A stretch of DNA of 63,482 nt, filler included, from Stramenopiles sp. TOSAG23-6 (GCA_900128565.1; 7 parts of 7 records of this genome joined end to end with filler, not necessarily neighbours in it); one strand, 5' to 3'; counted from the first letter of the whole stretch, positions 31,524 through 46,800 are shown. Numbers and translations are program-made. The notes: generated by a model not told the origin, from the letters alone.

Positions 31524-34500
31524 ATCTAAGCAAACCTGCAGAAGGTTATCGTGATCTCATTAATAAAGTTGACCCATCAAAATGTAGCGTTGATAAATGT
31601 AAATCAGATTTATGTTGCGACGCACATAAAGCGTTGAAGGAATTACAGACTAATAAAAGTGCATACATTGCATTTGTGGCAAAGGCGAAAGCAAAAGAAA
31701 ACGATAAAATGAAGTTTTGTCTAGATATACTCAATATTAAGGGAGATCCAGATCATTTTTTTAAGTGTCTTTCAAATATTTGTATGTCCTGTTATGAAAC
31801 TGAAACTTCAAGTGGTAAAGACGAGGAAGAGAAAGTTATTGTGCCTGAAAGTGAGTCAGACAAACGTAATGCGTGTGCAAAGCACATAGTATCGTATTGT
31901 AAATCCCAAAATGGAAGCGACGATGCATGCAAAACTAGTTCTTGTGATTTCAAGAAACAAGATGGCGTGGATTCACCCTGTGATAGCGGTGTTTGTGGTG
32001 GATTGTATGAAAATGCATATCTTGGTTCTAGTGGAAGTGGAGCTTGCACTAAACTCCGTGCAGATATTGTAAAAGAATACGCTAAAAACAACATGATTCT
32101 ACCAAAAAAGGGATCTTCTATATATGAAACTATGCTCGGACGAAATCAAATTACTGGCAAAGAAGTTGTAGGATTACCAAACATTTCAGCAGATTTGCTT
32201 GCAACTTGTAAAAGCGCTACTCATTCTGAAAGCATACAGTGCTTCGACAAAGTTGTAGCATATTGTAACACGGAAAAAGGATGGCATTCACCAGAGTGTG
32301 CAGCTGAGAGTGTATGCGGTGATGGATTTATTACTTGGGGTGAAGTCTGTGATGATGGCGATAATCCCGTTGGAAGTGAGTTCGATGGATGTGGTTCTAC
32401 ATGCGACANGATCGATGAGAACTTTGTGTGTCCATATCCGGGCAAGCCATGCGAAGTCTGTACACGAGAAAAGGCATCTTCAAAGAGTGTTCCATGTCCA
32501 TTTTGTCTAAATGAAAAACTATCATCGAAGGCAAGTCCTTGTACTTTCGAACAATGCCAAAAAGCAGCATGTGAAACTGCCGCTTGCAAGTTTAAAGCTG
32601 CCACTGAATGTGACAATTACGTTAAAAATTATTGTAAAGAATTAAAGGACTTAGGTAAATATGACCCAGGTTGTTCTTCATGGGAGCCAACCGCTCCAAA
32701 GCATCAGAAACCAGTAATTCCAAACGGCAAACCATTTACTAAATATCAGGGACCTGATAAAAGTATACCAGCTTGTGTTTACGAAATTGCATCAATCACT
32801 TTGCCTCATGGGCACTACCGTGGATTTGAGTTTGCACTTATTGAATGTAACTTCGAAGACATGAGTAAAGGTCCATCAAAACCTGGTGATACTACACCAA
32901 AAGTTGAATATTTCAGTCCTGTAGATTATCTATCAACAGATCAAAAATCCGCTTTATCCGCCAATGCTTTGAAAAAGTTAGAAGAACAAGCAGCACACAA
33001 AAAAAAGACCCTTGTTCCACTGACTGAACTCACAGAAACTGAACTATTTGCGTATTCCGATCCGTCACTTACTGGTGATGGAGACTCCAACTCTGTCGGT
33101 GACGAGTCTGCGTTCTACACTGAAATTGCTGCTTTATATCATGGAAAACCTGATAGAAATTGGGGTGATGAAAATCGCGAGGATGATAAATGTTCACGCA
33201 TGCCTGGGTTTAGATCGAGATCTCATCATGGAGGAGCTCTTATTGCTGTTCCTCCATCAGATGATATTTTACAATATGCATTGCGGTCTGAGTTATACAG
33301 AGCAAAATGGAATCTAAAGAATGGACATGGTGATCATCTCAAAGAATTTTCTGGTTTGAATGTCAAATCCTCAACAGAAACTCCAAATAAAAAGGATGGT
33401 GTGTACCAAGCATATATCAAACTCAGTGAAACTGAACTTCAATGGCGTGGAGGAAAGATGGTTGAAGTAAAACGCGAAGAAAGGTATCACGATGATGCAT
33501 GTAACGATGATGAATGTATGTCTTTAAGAAAACATCTTGACTCAGGAAATGCCGTACTTAATACTGGTAGTGCTTTATATCGATCGACTTGTGAAGACAG
33601 CGACTGTGAAGATAAATTAGCACCTTGCAAAACACTTGCATTGAATAAAATGGAGCCAAATAGGTTTGAACGATGTCAAGAGGGTAAACCGTGTCCTCTT
33701 GATGCGGCGAATGTAGTCAGAACAAATGCAATTAAGAATCTCGTTAATGCTGACATTTCTTCATGGGGCTCNTTANTACAACATTTGTTTCGTGCTGCCG
33801 CAGCTTCAAATGCATCGATATTCCGTGAATTGAATGCAATGTCGACTTCAGTATTGGGCAAGAATGTAGGCACTGAGAAGCTTACACGCGAACGTCGAGA
33901 TTATTGCGAACACGAAGAATATTCTTTTAACGTAGAAAAAAAGAGTTATGAGCAAAATACTACTTGGTTTGAAGATCCTTGCTGTAATCGAGAACTACAA
34001 GACACTCAATGCTGTGCACCAAAAACTGTAACTGAATCCTTTGTAGTTCCAAAGTGTGCTGACAATGACAAATCTTTAAAATGTGTTGATGAAAAGATCA
34101 AGCGTTATTGTCCCGGTGATTTGTCAATTGCTAAGGGTGCTTTGGTAAGTAAATTTGCAAGTGACCAGGAAACCGCACGAAAAATAAAATCTGGCCAAGT
34201 ACTGAAATTGGATAGTAAACAGTTTGAAGAAACTTGGATGTTTGAGCACAAGTGCAGAAGTAAAATGGATGCAGAAGACGTGACGTGCAAAAAAGATTCG
34301 GATTGTTATTGTTCTAAAAGTACATGCGACACAAGAGAAAAACGATGCACCACAGATCCTTCTGATGAAATAGCTTGTTATGCGGAATGTTTCTTGAACG
34401 AGTATGGATCTAAAAATGTGTTTTTGGTAGAACATCTTCTACAGCAGTGGCAAAGTAAAGTGGAGTCGGATACTCGCATTGGTGTAGTGGATTTATTTGA

Positions 34501-37500
34501 AACAGATGATTCTGGCGTGAAAGATGATAGTTTGGAAAAATTTGTCGGATTATGGAATGAAAAAATGACGGCTGATGGTTGTGTAGGTCATGATGACTGG
34601 AGCCCAGAAATTGGACAGTCGGGAGTTCGTGAAGTTTGTAATGATTCGTGCCTTAATGAGAATGTTTGCTACAACCACCACGTAAGAGAACAGTGGAATC
34701 GTAATAAAGCAAAGGAAAATAATGGTCATCATCATTGGGTAAATATGGATACCAAAACTCATTGCATGGAAAACGCTCCTGAAGGCTCTAAATGGGTTTC
34801 ATATTCTGATGGTCACGGAGAGTGTGTTCTTCCGTATACTGGCGTTGTTGCATGTTCTGACAGTCATAAATGTCGGGAAGATTGTTGGAATATATGCAAA
34901 GATGAAACGGCATGCAAAGAAGCAAATGGAACTTGGTTCCTTGAAGAAGGTAGAGGTCAATGTTGTCCTAATGGAAAATACGTACGAGAACCCGAAAATG
35001 AGCATTTTGGTCGAGGAAAGTATTGTTCGCATTTAGCTCCAGATCAAGAGGTTGGCTGGCATATCAGAGATGAGACCTGTTGTGAAGCAGCAGGTGGAAC
35101 TTGGCACTACAATCCTAGAGGGGATTATTATGAATGTTGTACAGGTGTGTGGAAAGAGGAATCAAAGGGACACAGTGCACATTGTTCTTACCACGCCGAT
35201 ACATGGGAACAATGCCATACATGTGTAGACAAATGCAAGTCTAGTTTTGAAAAATGTAGAGAATGTGAAACTAAACGAGATACATGTTGCAAAGACGAAG
35301 TTATAAGCCAAAATAAAGATGCATGTCTTTCCNAGAAGCGTTGTAATAATGAAGAAATCCATTATCACGTCGGTGAATGTTTTGATGGCAATGATCAGAA
35401 AATTGCAAGTATAAAATATCCTTGGGAATGTCGTACGCGTCGTTATGAAGAAAGTAACTTGATTCGAGAAGGTATGGATCACGGATCCCCTGCAAAGGTA
35501 AAATCAAACATTCGTTGGGTTGTACCCTCAGAAGCTTGTACGAGTGAAAAACCATTTTGTTCAAATCTTTGGGGCTGGCCCGAAAGTCGACCATCTAGGT
35601 GTACCCTTCATGGACACCCATTCAGTTCAGAAAGTTCATGCAAATTATTAACCGGTACAGAATTCAAGCATGGTCAATGTTATTTTATTGGTGGCGTCTC
35701 GGATAAAGCTGACTGTGTTGCCAAAGTAGCAAATTCTGTCAACGAGTATTTAAAAACTCAAAATGGTAAACGNCGATTGGAGGCAACCGGGGATGTACAA
35801 ACTGGAGATGGTGATCCGTCTATGACTAANGAGAAGGAAAAACAATCTGATGATAACGGACCCCCAGAATGTATCAAGTCATGCTTCGATGGCCTTCAAN
35901 AGGAACCCGACTGCGAGTNTATTGGCAAATGTGACAGNACAAANTGTGATGATGCCACCAAAACGTATCTTGAAGCTTANGTCAAGGGTGGTTGTAAAGA
36001 TGACAAAGAAAAGCAGATGGATGTACAAACTGGAGATGGTGACGACCCTAGCAAGGAAGGTGGAAAATCTGAAGATGGAAATGAAAAACCTCAAGATGGA
36101 AATGGTGAAAAACCTCAAGATGGAAATGGTGAAAAACCTCAAGATGGAAATGAAAAACCTCAAGATGGAAATGGTGAAAAATCTCAAGATGGAAATGAAA
36201 AACCTCAAGATGGAAATGGTGAAAAACCTCAAGATGAAAATGAAAAACTAACGGGTGGTGAAATTTCAGCTGATCAAATTGCTAATTGTGTCGCTGATAT
36301 GAAAGAGGAGAACGCCCCACAAACGAGTACTGGGGAAAAAGCACTTCACTCATGGTCAGCTACATCATGTGACATCAAAGTAGATCGTGAAATTGACAAC
36401 TTGTATTTACATGTAAGATTCGAGCCTTCTTCTTTTAACAACAAAGAACAATGTGAACAAGGGATGTGTGAATACTTAAATAACAAGTATGGATGGGCTG
36501 GTTGGTCATCGGATCAGTGTGAAAAGTTTTCCGAAGGTGGGTGCTCCAGGCATTGTTTTCAAGGATGTAAGTCTCATAAGAATGGAGCATGTTTCAAAAA
36601 AAATCCCGAATCACAAAAATATGACTTTGTTGGCCTTCAAAGTGAAAATACATATGATTCGGACCAAAAAAAATGTACGAATAAACAAGGGGGTGAAAAG
36701 ACCGACGTTTTGTCTGAAGATGAATGTAAAAAAACGTGTGTAAGTTCTGAATTATTTACTTGTCCTACAGTTACATCTGATACTGATGAAAATCGTGAGA
36801 AATGTGAATCAAATCCTTGGAATCATGAGGAGCACAAGCATGGTGTGTCTAAAAATGGTTTACCTGAATCAGTAAATGAAGAGCTTCACTGCCATATGTC
36901 TCACGAACCTTGTGCAACAAAGGAACTTTGNGAGGCTGAAGGTCATTGTAACGACGAATGGCAGATGACTACAGAAATTTGTGATGATGCTGGGTGGACT
37001 CTTGGTGATAAGATGCACGGCACTGTTTGTGAAGGATCAGGTAAAACTGAGACTTGTAAAGAAGTGGAATGTAAGAAGAGGACAAAGATCCGTGGTGTTT
37101 GTGTCGACGTAAATACCCACCACTGTAAAGAAGGACGGTTACATCATATGTTTGGATGTCGTGTTGTCGGCAAAGTATCCCAGACCAAATGCGAAAGTGA
37201 AGGGTATAAATGGTATGAGCCATCTAAAACCAAGACAGAATGCTTGTCGCGGATGGGTTGTGTTGATGATACCGAAGGTTGGCAGCGTAAACGTTTAATA
37301 ACCAAAGCTGAATGTGATAAATGCGCAGGAGGAGTAGGNGTGATGGCGCCATTTTTCCGTTGGCATGGCGGAGTTTGGGGTATTGCTAAACCGAGACCAT
37401 TAAAGTGGCATGATTCCTTGGGCATCAAATCTACTAATACTTGGGGCAAGACTCAGGCTTCATATAAGCTGGAATCTGAGCTCGCAAAACCAGTATTGAA

Positions 37501-40162
37501 GACTTTCGCTGGAGAAGTAACACAGTGGTTGCTAAANCAAAGCACGGCCTGGGGGGATATTATTTANAATTGTGGTACGGATCCAGTGGGTGTTAGCCCT
37601 CCAGATCGACGTAGGCTCTCACATGCTCAAAGTGACGGTGTCGTAATTGCAACTGTCCCAATTGTTTGTGGAAAGACTACACCAAAATTTTTGGATACAA
37701 AAATAAGCATCGAAGCTCCTTCCGATTGCAAAACTGGTGAATTAAAAGTATCCAAAGTAAAACAAAAAGGTACAATGAAACATGAAGGATCTAGTGTCGT
37801 TGATCCAATATTACTCAGCGGNCTAAAACATGATACAAATTATTGGGGTATTGCTGCTGGTGATGCAATGCAGTTTGAAGTTCCTAATGGTGTCACTATT
37901 GGTAAGGTTTGTTTACCGATTAATATTCAAGAGTATAAAACAAATTTGGGTTTTAATGATAAAGGCCCCTTCAAGGTATGGGATGTTGCAGAACGAACAA
38001 AACGACCNAATGGTTTATATTATTACACGCCTATGTTTACTACTCCTTCCTCAAAAGATATTGAAGCAGATAAAGTGTGCTTTGATGGTTTCACGTCTGA
38101 TAATTCCCCACACTCTTCAAGGACATTCGTTGCTGCTTTGAGAGCACCAGGAAACAAAGAAGAATATGTCGCTTTTCAAGATACGAAACAGTTGAGTAAT
38201 TTCTGTCACAAGATTAGTGATAGTGTTCTAACTGGAGATAGTATTGTGTCAAGCTTTGTTACGACATCAGAAGGTTCATGTGTGTGTTTCTCTGGCTTCG
38301 TTGCAGACACGAAATCAGGTCCTTCTGCAACCCAGACATGTAGTGCCGGTTGCTTCAACAATTGCCACGCTGGTAAATGTACAAACTTTAACACTTGTGA
38401 CTGTGATACTGCCAATACATGTGAGGTATTGAATACTGAAAGTCCTTTTTCTGACTGTGCTATGCCACGTGTATGTTCTTCCAACGGGGTACAAAAATGT
38501 GTATCAGGGAAAATTGTTTGTGAATGTACAGCTGGCTTCGAGGGATCGACTTGTGATACACCAACTGTAACAAACACAGACGACAAAACATTCTTTAATG
38601 ATGGATTGAAAAATGTTGATAAAACGACTGATGATACTACCGTGAAATCATTAGAGGACGTTATGAAGTCGCCTAGTGGTGGACAACCCCCCCAATCAAA
38701 TGACCAGTCTAATCCAACTGATGGAAAGGTGTGTGAAAAGGGATTTGAGGGAGACGATTGTTCCACTGAAACTAAAGATTGCATAGGCGCTTACAGTACT
38801 TGCGATTCTAGCTGTTTCAAATATTATAAATGGTCACAATACGCAACTTCTAAAGGTCAGGACTGCCCACATCGATTGAACGAGATTAAGGCGTGTACAT
38901 ACGATGAATCTGCAACAGATGAATGTAAAGAACCAGTGATTGATTGCGTTGCCTCTGTTGAATTTGCAGTTAATAATGATTGTAACTGTAGTGGTGGCGA
39001 CTTTTGTAAAGCAGGTACATTTTGTTACGATAAGAAGTGTCACGATAAAATGAAAGAAGGTGCATTAAAGTGTCCACAAAGCGATACTCATGCACTCCAA
39101 GGAGATTGTATGTGTAAGGATAACAAATGTTCAAAAGGTCATTTCTGTCTTTCTACAGGCNAGTGTAGTCCGAAAGCAAAGGAGTCCGAGAAAACCGACC
39201 AACAAGATGGACCACAACATATTAATGTTGATGAAACTGCTACTAGTGAAGGTACTGGAGCTTGGAAACTGGGTCATACATATAAAACAATTAATATGAA
39301 TGTTGGTGATAGTGTTGANTTCGTATTTAACGAAGGCGCCCACGATGTAATACAAATGAAATCAAGTAAAGCTTACGATGCATGTGATTTTAAAGATTCG
39401 ACATTGTTGGCTGCAATTGGCAATCCATTTTCTTTTACACCAAAAAGTGACGGAACGTATTATATTGCCTGTGGCATTGTTGGTCACTGTAATGCCGGGC
39501 AAAAGGTGAAAATTGTTGTTTTTCCTGCAAACGAGAAAATACCAGACATTGACAAGGAGGATCCGAATACGAATTTTGGCCCAAAATATTCAGACTGTCC
39601 ACAAAGTGATACTGACGCACTCAAAGAGGTGTGTATGTGTAAAGATAACAAATGTGAAGTAGGTCAATTCTGCAGAAAGACCGGNAGTGTTTGTTCACCT
39701 GAAGCCCTTCCTGGATCGAAAGAGTCCGACAAGCAACATGTCAAGGTGCAAGCTACGGTTAGCATGGTGTTTAAAAATCGAGTATATGATCCTACTAATG
39801 AAGATTACAAGTTGGAGAAAGAGTTGGTCGTTGAGACTCTTGCACTGTTCGACCGAACAATTCCTGGTGGAGCTGATTCGATTGTNATGTCTGAAGGTTC
39901 ACTTCGAGTGACATTTCCTGTTGAGTTTGTTGCTAACAAGGATGATGACAATACAAGCACATCACTTACTAACGTAATCGCCAAAGAGTTACACTCGACA
40001 ACCTTTTTTGAGCGTGTTTCTGTTGATGTNAAGGTTAAAGATGTGAGCAATATTACCGGCAATCCTGGTAATGTTGTGATGATTGAGGGTGCTGGTATTC
40101 TTGTTGCACCTGAGATTTCGTTAACATTCATGGGAGCGCTAGTTTCAATATTGGCTCTGTAA
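31104..40162 (+). CDS. Giant (>3000 aa) cysteine-rich cell-surface protein with CGDG..E.CDDG repeat, EGF-like and phytocyanin-like domains and GPI-like C-terminus; 5' incomplete
   Basis: 2994-aa intronless ORF; CGDGFITWGEVCDDGD, CECTAGFEGSTCD, HDV...YYIACGIVGHCNAGQK; terminal hydrophobic tail. Confidence 0.85.
36072..36248 (+). repeat. Coding minisatellite (QDGN(G)EKP)n, 21/24-bp units
   Basis: caagatggaaat(ggt)gaaaaacct repeated about 8 times. Confidence 0.9.
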
Positions 40163-40393
40163 GAAGTATTATAAATGATTTGATAATACTCTAGATATCC
40201 GATGTGTACATATTTTTATCGGATATTTTCTTCCAATGTGGTATTGGGTAGATTGCTTACATTTTGAACATAAAAAAATCATAACTATGTACCGTTGAAT
40301 CATCAAATATATATCTTTTTATAAAATATTCTTCTCCCCTTTCCGTGAATTAGTTCAAAGTGAAAATAAGTTACAGAAAGATTTTCTTACTCA

Positions 40394-40888
40394 CTATAAT
40401 ATAAAGTCAACCATCCACTTTATTCTCTTGGAATAATCCCCCGTATGATATTTTGTTTCCTTAAAGTGCGCGGGCGAAGGTGAGTTTTGTGAGGCTGCAT
40501 GACCTCCCCTTTGCTCTTTTTTGCGCGTCTTCACTGAATCGTATCTCATTTGAAATGTTGACCGATTATCACTGTGAGGTGCACGTGACTGATTGTTTCC
40601 ATGCCCAGCACTATAACGACGGTTACTTGCATTCAAACCGGGGTGAAATACACTACCCCAAACTTCTTTACTCCGTGAATTGTGTCGATTTAGAGTATTG
40701 TTTGAATGGTTTCCAAGTAAAGCTTTGCAATCACTTGGAAGTTTTAAGAAAGGTAACTTCTTACTTAGATCCCTGCAATATGACTCTTTATCCTTCTTTG
40801 ATTTTGAATTTGTATTGTCACTCGGTGTTTTTTTATTGGAATTCTCCTCAACGCGGTTGAATTCTCTTTGCATTGTTCCCCTCCACAT
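40394..40888 (-). CDS. Hypothetical protein
   Basis: Hydrophilic ORF, probable start at MWRGTMQREF; no family recognised. Confidence 0.45.
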   Translation of the reverse strand: MWRGTMQREFNRVEENSNKKTPSDNTNSKSKKDKESYCRDLSKKLPFLKLPSDCKALLGNHSNNTLNRHNSRSKEVWGSVFHPGLNASNRRYSAGHGNNQSRAPHSDNRSTFQMRYDSVKTRKKEQRGGHAASQNSPSPAHFKETKYHTGDYSKRIKWMVDFIL

Positions 40889-41450
40889 TGAAGTATGTGT
40901 TTCTTGTATAATGAACCAGTAAAGATAGAAGATATTGTAAGAGTGGTTAGTCGGCCATTCATGTAAATTCATGTTGGAATTTACTTTTTGACCACTTCGA
41001 TTTTCAGGCGTATATTTCGTGTTGTGTTCGCGTGTCAGTCAACTCAACGGCAGTTACAAAGACATTACACAGTAATAGTATCACCGTTCGTCTGTATTTT
41101 AACAAAAACCACCGGTGATCATTTCACTGCCACAAAACATGTGGTTATTATTCATAAGTATTATAGTTTTAGTATATACCACTGATTCAGCAATGACAAA
41201 TTCGCCTCCAGATAAATATAAATCCTGGACAGATATTCTCGAGCTATCAGATCGAAAAATGAATTGTACAAGCTTGGCAGATTTAGTGTCCAAGTCAGGT
41301 GACTGGTTAAATTTCCCTCTATTTCAAACAGAATATGATGCACTAACAAANNNNNNNNNNNNNNNNNNNNNNNNNNNNNNNNNNNNNNNNNNNNTTAATT
41401 AATTAANNNNNNNNNNNNNNNNNNNNNNNNNNNNNNNNNNNNNNNNNNNN

Positions 41451-43895
41451 TGTGCCGCAAATGATCTTCAAGTTAGTGACTTCCCTTCTAGTACATATAT
41501 AGCAAAGGTTGATGGAACTGCTGTAGCATTAGTGTCTTCAACAACGTGTGATACTCTTAAAACAAATGCGACTTGTAGTGTTACTTGTTTTGATGGATAT
41601 ACTGGTGGTGGTGTAGTTTGTCAACCGAATCAAAATTATTCGGTTTCAGCTTGTTCTGGACCTGTTAGTACTGGATGTACTGGTACGGGCTTTTTATTTG
41701 CATCTCCAAGCAATGCTAACGCTACTTGTACTTGTAAAGATGGTTATAGTGGGAGCCCTACTTGGAATGGAAGCTCCTGGACAGGTACATGTGAAGATAA
41801 GCAATCAACATGTGATGGAAATAGAACTGCAGGTGCTGGTACATGTGTCTGTAATACCGGGTATAGTGGAACACCTAGTTTCAATGGGTCATCGTGGGGG
41901 GCTGATACGTGTACTGCTGAAGATAGTCATTGTGCTGCTGATGATCTTCAATCAAGTGATTTTTTGAATAAACGGATTACCTCAGTGGATGGAAAACTTG
42001 TTGCATCTGTAGATAGCTCTACATGTGCTACTACTGCGGCTAATGCTTCTTGTTCAAATCTAGTGTGTAATACTGGTTATGTAAATGGACTGGTAAAATG
42101 TAAACTCAGTGGTACTTTCGAAATCACTCCTTGTGTTGCTAGCACTACCACGTGTAATGCGGTAGAACCAAATCTTTCGGGTGCCTTTATGAAGCCTCTC
42201 AGTCTAAATGGTTGCGATGGAACTGCGACTGATGCATTTTGCGGAGCAGCCTCTTGCTTAGATGGGTATAATGGGGGGTTCTGTAAAATGTCAATCTAAT
42301 GGTTCTTATGCTGTAGTTGGGTGTTCCGCAATAGTAGGTCATTGTAATACTGCGGATGAGAGTTTATTGGGCAGTCATCATTCTTCATCTTCAAGTTCGT
42401 GCGATGGTAAAAAAACAAATGAAACTTGTGACTTGCTCTGTCAAGATGGTTACAGTCAAGGTAGCGTTAAATGCTTAGGAACTGGACAGTGGTCGCTCGT
42501 TTCGGACTGTATAGCTACAGACGATGGTTGTAAATCGGCTACTGGAAAGAATTTTTCTACTCCTGCTATAGGTGCTGCAACTTGCACATGCTTAGATGGA
42601 TTTAAAGAGACGGTTTCAATCTCATGGAATAGTGGGTCCTCTTCGTGGGGTGGGACATGTTCTGATGTAAGTACTGGCTGCACAGGTGTTGGGCAGAATA
42701 GTGATGGGCATGGCACATGCGTGTGCAATCCCGGATATAGCGATCATATACAGACGATTGAGTGGGATGATGGCGGGGATTCATGGAAAGGTGCTTGTCA
42801 CGTTGTCCCTAGTTATTGTAACACAGACGTGTTAAGTTCATCTGATTTCCCAGTTGCAACACACATATATAGTGTGAAGAGCGACCAAATTGCTGCAATT
42901 GATTCAGATACATGTGGCGCAACAGATGCGTTTGCTTCTTGTGGAGTTGTAGTTTGTGCTGCGGGGTGGACGAATGGAAGCGGTGGCACTGTTAAATGCA
43001 GTACGGTGGGAGAACCATCTGTCAAAGAATTCGACATCATTGCTTGCAACCAAACTGTAAGCACTGGTTGTACCACTACTGGTATGGAATATTCATCATC
43101 TGCTTCATCGCGTGCTGCTACGTGCAGCTGTAAAACTGGATATAAAATCAGTAGTGCTATATCTTGGAATACCGGTAGTAACACATGGAGTGGTGCTTGT
43201 GATGAGGAAGAAGCTTCGTGTAATTCTACAGGTATGGACAACAGTGGTGCAGGTACGTGTGTATGTCGTCCCGGATATAGTGGCACGCCAACATGGAATC
43301 CATTTACTTCACAGTGGATGGGTACATGCGTGGATAAATCGAGTACATGTTCAGGAACAGGTACAATATATAAGAGTGGTACGATTACATGTGAATGTAA
43401 GGATGGATATGCTGGTGCGTCCAATTGGGACTCTGGCAGTGATTCATGGGTAACTACTTGTGCTAGTCGGGAAAATACGTGTACAATTGATTCTACAAGT
43501 GAACGTGGTCCGGGCTATTGCCGATGTAAAGATGGCTATAAGGGTATAGCATTTACAGATACTGATTTAGGATATACTACATATGGGCCTTATTGGAAGC
43601 CTACAGCTGGTAATGATCTATTAGGCGAATGGGTTATGAAAGATTGTGTAGATCAACAATCCACGTGTACTGGAGTTGGTAAAAGTGCTGGTGCGGGTAC
43701 GTGTGTCTGTGGGAATGGATATTCTGGTTCGCCTACATTTGACAGAAGTGTTGGTAAATGGGCATGGGAAGGTACATGTACTCCTATTGTTGACCACTGT
43801 AAATCTGATGACGAAAGTGCGACATCACCAAACAGCAGTAACAAGACTACGTCAAATCATTGTGATGGAAAGGCAACATTTGAAACGTGTAGTCT
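41451..43895 (+). CDS. Fragment of giant Cys-rich EGF-like repeat protein (one probable homopolymer frameshift at ~42273)
   Basis: Repeats C.C..GY.G...W....W.G.C and C..GY.GG.V.C...G.Y....C in ORFs 41532-42299 and 42262-43971. Confidence 0.75.
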
Positions 43896-46800
43896 TCCCT
43901 TACATGGAGTAACTTCTAGTTTTCCACCTGTTTCTTCAGTGCCTGGCAAACATTTTATAGATCCACCTTGATAACCTCCACTGGCACAAAGAACAGGACA
44001 AAATCCATTGGTAGGCACACCTTCACATACAGATTGAAATGGAATCGCTGAAACAGAAACTCCATCTACCTTAGATATTGTATTAATTCCGTTAAAAGGT
44101 CCCACGCGACCTTCCAATGAATCGTTCTTACAGTGACCATTTATAGGCGTACAACGTGTAACTTTAAATTGACCATTTGATTGGCACTGTATAGATCCCT
44201 TTTCATAACCATAATCACATTTTATTGAACAAACGTTATTCGTAGCAGTAACTCGGCATGGCATTGTGTTTTGCTCCGTGCTATATTTATTACGGTCGCG
44301 ACCATCTACTGATAGAATATGCAAATCACTCCAATATGCGGATGAGAATTGGCTAACAGTAGTATCCCAATGTGTAGAACAAAATCCACTAATTGGTGAA
44401 CATGGCTTCAGTACGAATAATTTACTCGTGCTATCACATGTTATAGATCCATTCTCGTAACCCTCCAAACATATTGTGTCGCATTTTTCATTCGCTTTGG
44501 TGCTTTTACAAGGTTCGAAGTTTTCGATATTATTTTCATATCCGTCAATTAGTTTCATATTAAGATTATTTTTTGTACTTTGGTTCAAACCACCAATATC
44601 ATCTTGACAGTATGACGACTGTGCTGTACACGCAGTTGCAGTAAATAAACCAGTAGTTTCACAAAATACTTTCCCTCCTAAGTATCCATCAATGCAAGTA
44701 ATAGGTATAGATTGATTTGTGCTCAAATTAGTAAATTCGCCCAAGTCCTTGATTTGGTACTTTTTGACATTATTTGAAATATATTTTTCAAAAGTTGAAG
44801 CGTTCTGTGAACAAAAGTTAGATATTGGCTTCGCACTAACAATGGCAAATTTTGGGCCATTCTCAGTTCCAGTACACGTAACACTACCCCCTGTATATCC
44901 TGGTCGTGTGACTACTGTACAAGATGTATCTGTTTTGAGACCTTGAAGAGTAGTACATGTTATGGTTTTCAAATGATGCGATGCAAAGTTTGACAATTCT
45001 ACTTGAGCTGTACCATCACTACCGTCTGTACCATACAAAGTATTGCAGTAGTCTGTTACAGGCACAGCAGTTGCCACGGAAAAGTCGCCATCACCCTGAA
45101 GCCTTCTACCTAAACCTTGTGTGCGTCGTCGAGAAGACTGAGCCAAACAAACTACATTGCCATTTTCGTAACCTGGACGCATTACAGTATGGCAATGCGT
45201 ACCTGTTGCAAGTCCATTGTTTGTTGAACAAGCGACACTCTTGAAGTATCCTGCATCTAACTCTGAAGATGTGAAGAAGTTATCAGATGGTTTTGTATGT
45301 CGTGAAAATCCAGGAGGTGATGTGTTGCTAATCCATGTGTTATATGATGACACCTTCTCGTTAAATTTTTCTAAGCAATAATTTGAGACACCGCTGCACG
45401 ACTTTACCTGAAATTTACCATTTGATTTACACGTTACATTTCCTCCTTCATATCCTTTTCGGCATAAAAAATGGGGACACACTTGGTCGGTTCCAGTAAG
45501 ATCGCATGCATCACCAGTCAGATAATAATTATCACTTTTCGTATATTTCAGCTGTGATTTAGTGTACCCTAAATTACTGCTGAATGGTATGCTATCATCG
45601 CAATGCGAACCAATTGGCACAGACGATATGATTTTATACTTCTGATCATTACTACATTCAACGCTACCATTTTGATAACCTGCAACTGATTTCGTTTGAC
45701 ACAGCGTACCAATTTGCTTGGCACTGCTACAGTTTTTAGAATCATACTCAAGATGATGAGTGTCTTCATCTAGAAGAGGTCCGATGCCACTACAATAATC
45801 CAAAATTTTAGTGCATGGGCTAGAACTGAACGTACGATTTGATTGACATTGAATTTCGCCTCCAGAATAACCATCATTACATGTGTGTGAACACGTTTTT
45901 CCTGTTTGGGTATTTCCACAGTATTTTGCATCTGAGGGATTCATACTCAGGGGATTCATATTCAGGGCCTTCAGTTGATCTTCAGTCAAAGCATTTACGG
46001 CACAGTGACCTGCTATTCCCACAGGTTTTTGTTCTAATTGTAAACGAGGACCTGCAGCAGTTCCCACGCACTTCACTTTACCCCCCGAAAAGCCCATGGA
46101 TTCCTGAACAGTACAATATGTATCAGTCGTAGACCCTCCACCGACACCACATGATATATTGCTTATATGATTAGTTGGATCATTTATTATTGAAGGAATA
46201 TTCGTTGCATGAATAGACGAACAGTGATCAGGAATTGCATTGCATTTACGGAACCCGAATTTGTTATCCAGCACTTTACCACCACATGTAGAGTCTCCAG
46301 TAGGGCAACTGCATGTAATACTACCACCTACATAGCCGTATTCGCATGCAACAGGACAGTCACTTAAAGCAGCAGTTGTACTACATGTGTTACCATCAAA
46401 AGTGACAAGAGTATCGCCACCAATCGTTCTCCATTTCATTGAGGATGCACCGGTAGCTCTAAAAGCTGTTTCTAGGGCATTAGAATCGCCAGCACAGTAG
46501 CTTGATCGGGGCGTACATGGTGTCACTTCATAAAAACCATCCTCCTTACACTGAATGCTACCGTTTTCATGTGAGTCCTTACATAATACTGGACAAGGTT
46601 GATCAACTCCATAACCATTACATGCAGTTGGATCCTCTAAAATCACAGACACCTTTTTTAAATCAATAGTTTCCATAGCTGATAAAGCATTTAGCTTGTT
46701 TGAATTGGATGATGTATTCCATGAATTGTCATTATTGCAATGATTATCATCTGGAATACATGCTTTCATTGTGTAATATCCATTTCCCTTGCATTGCACC

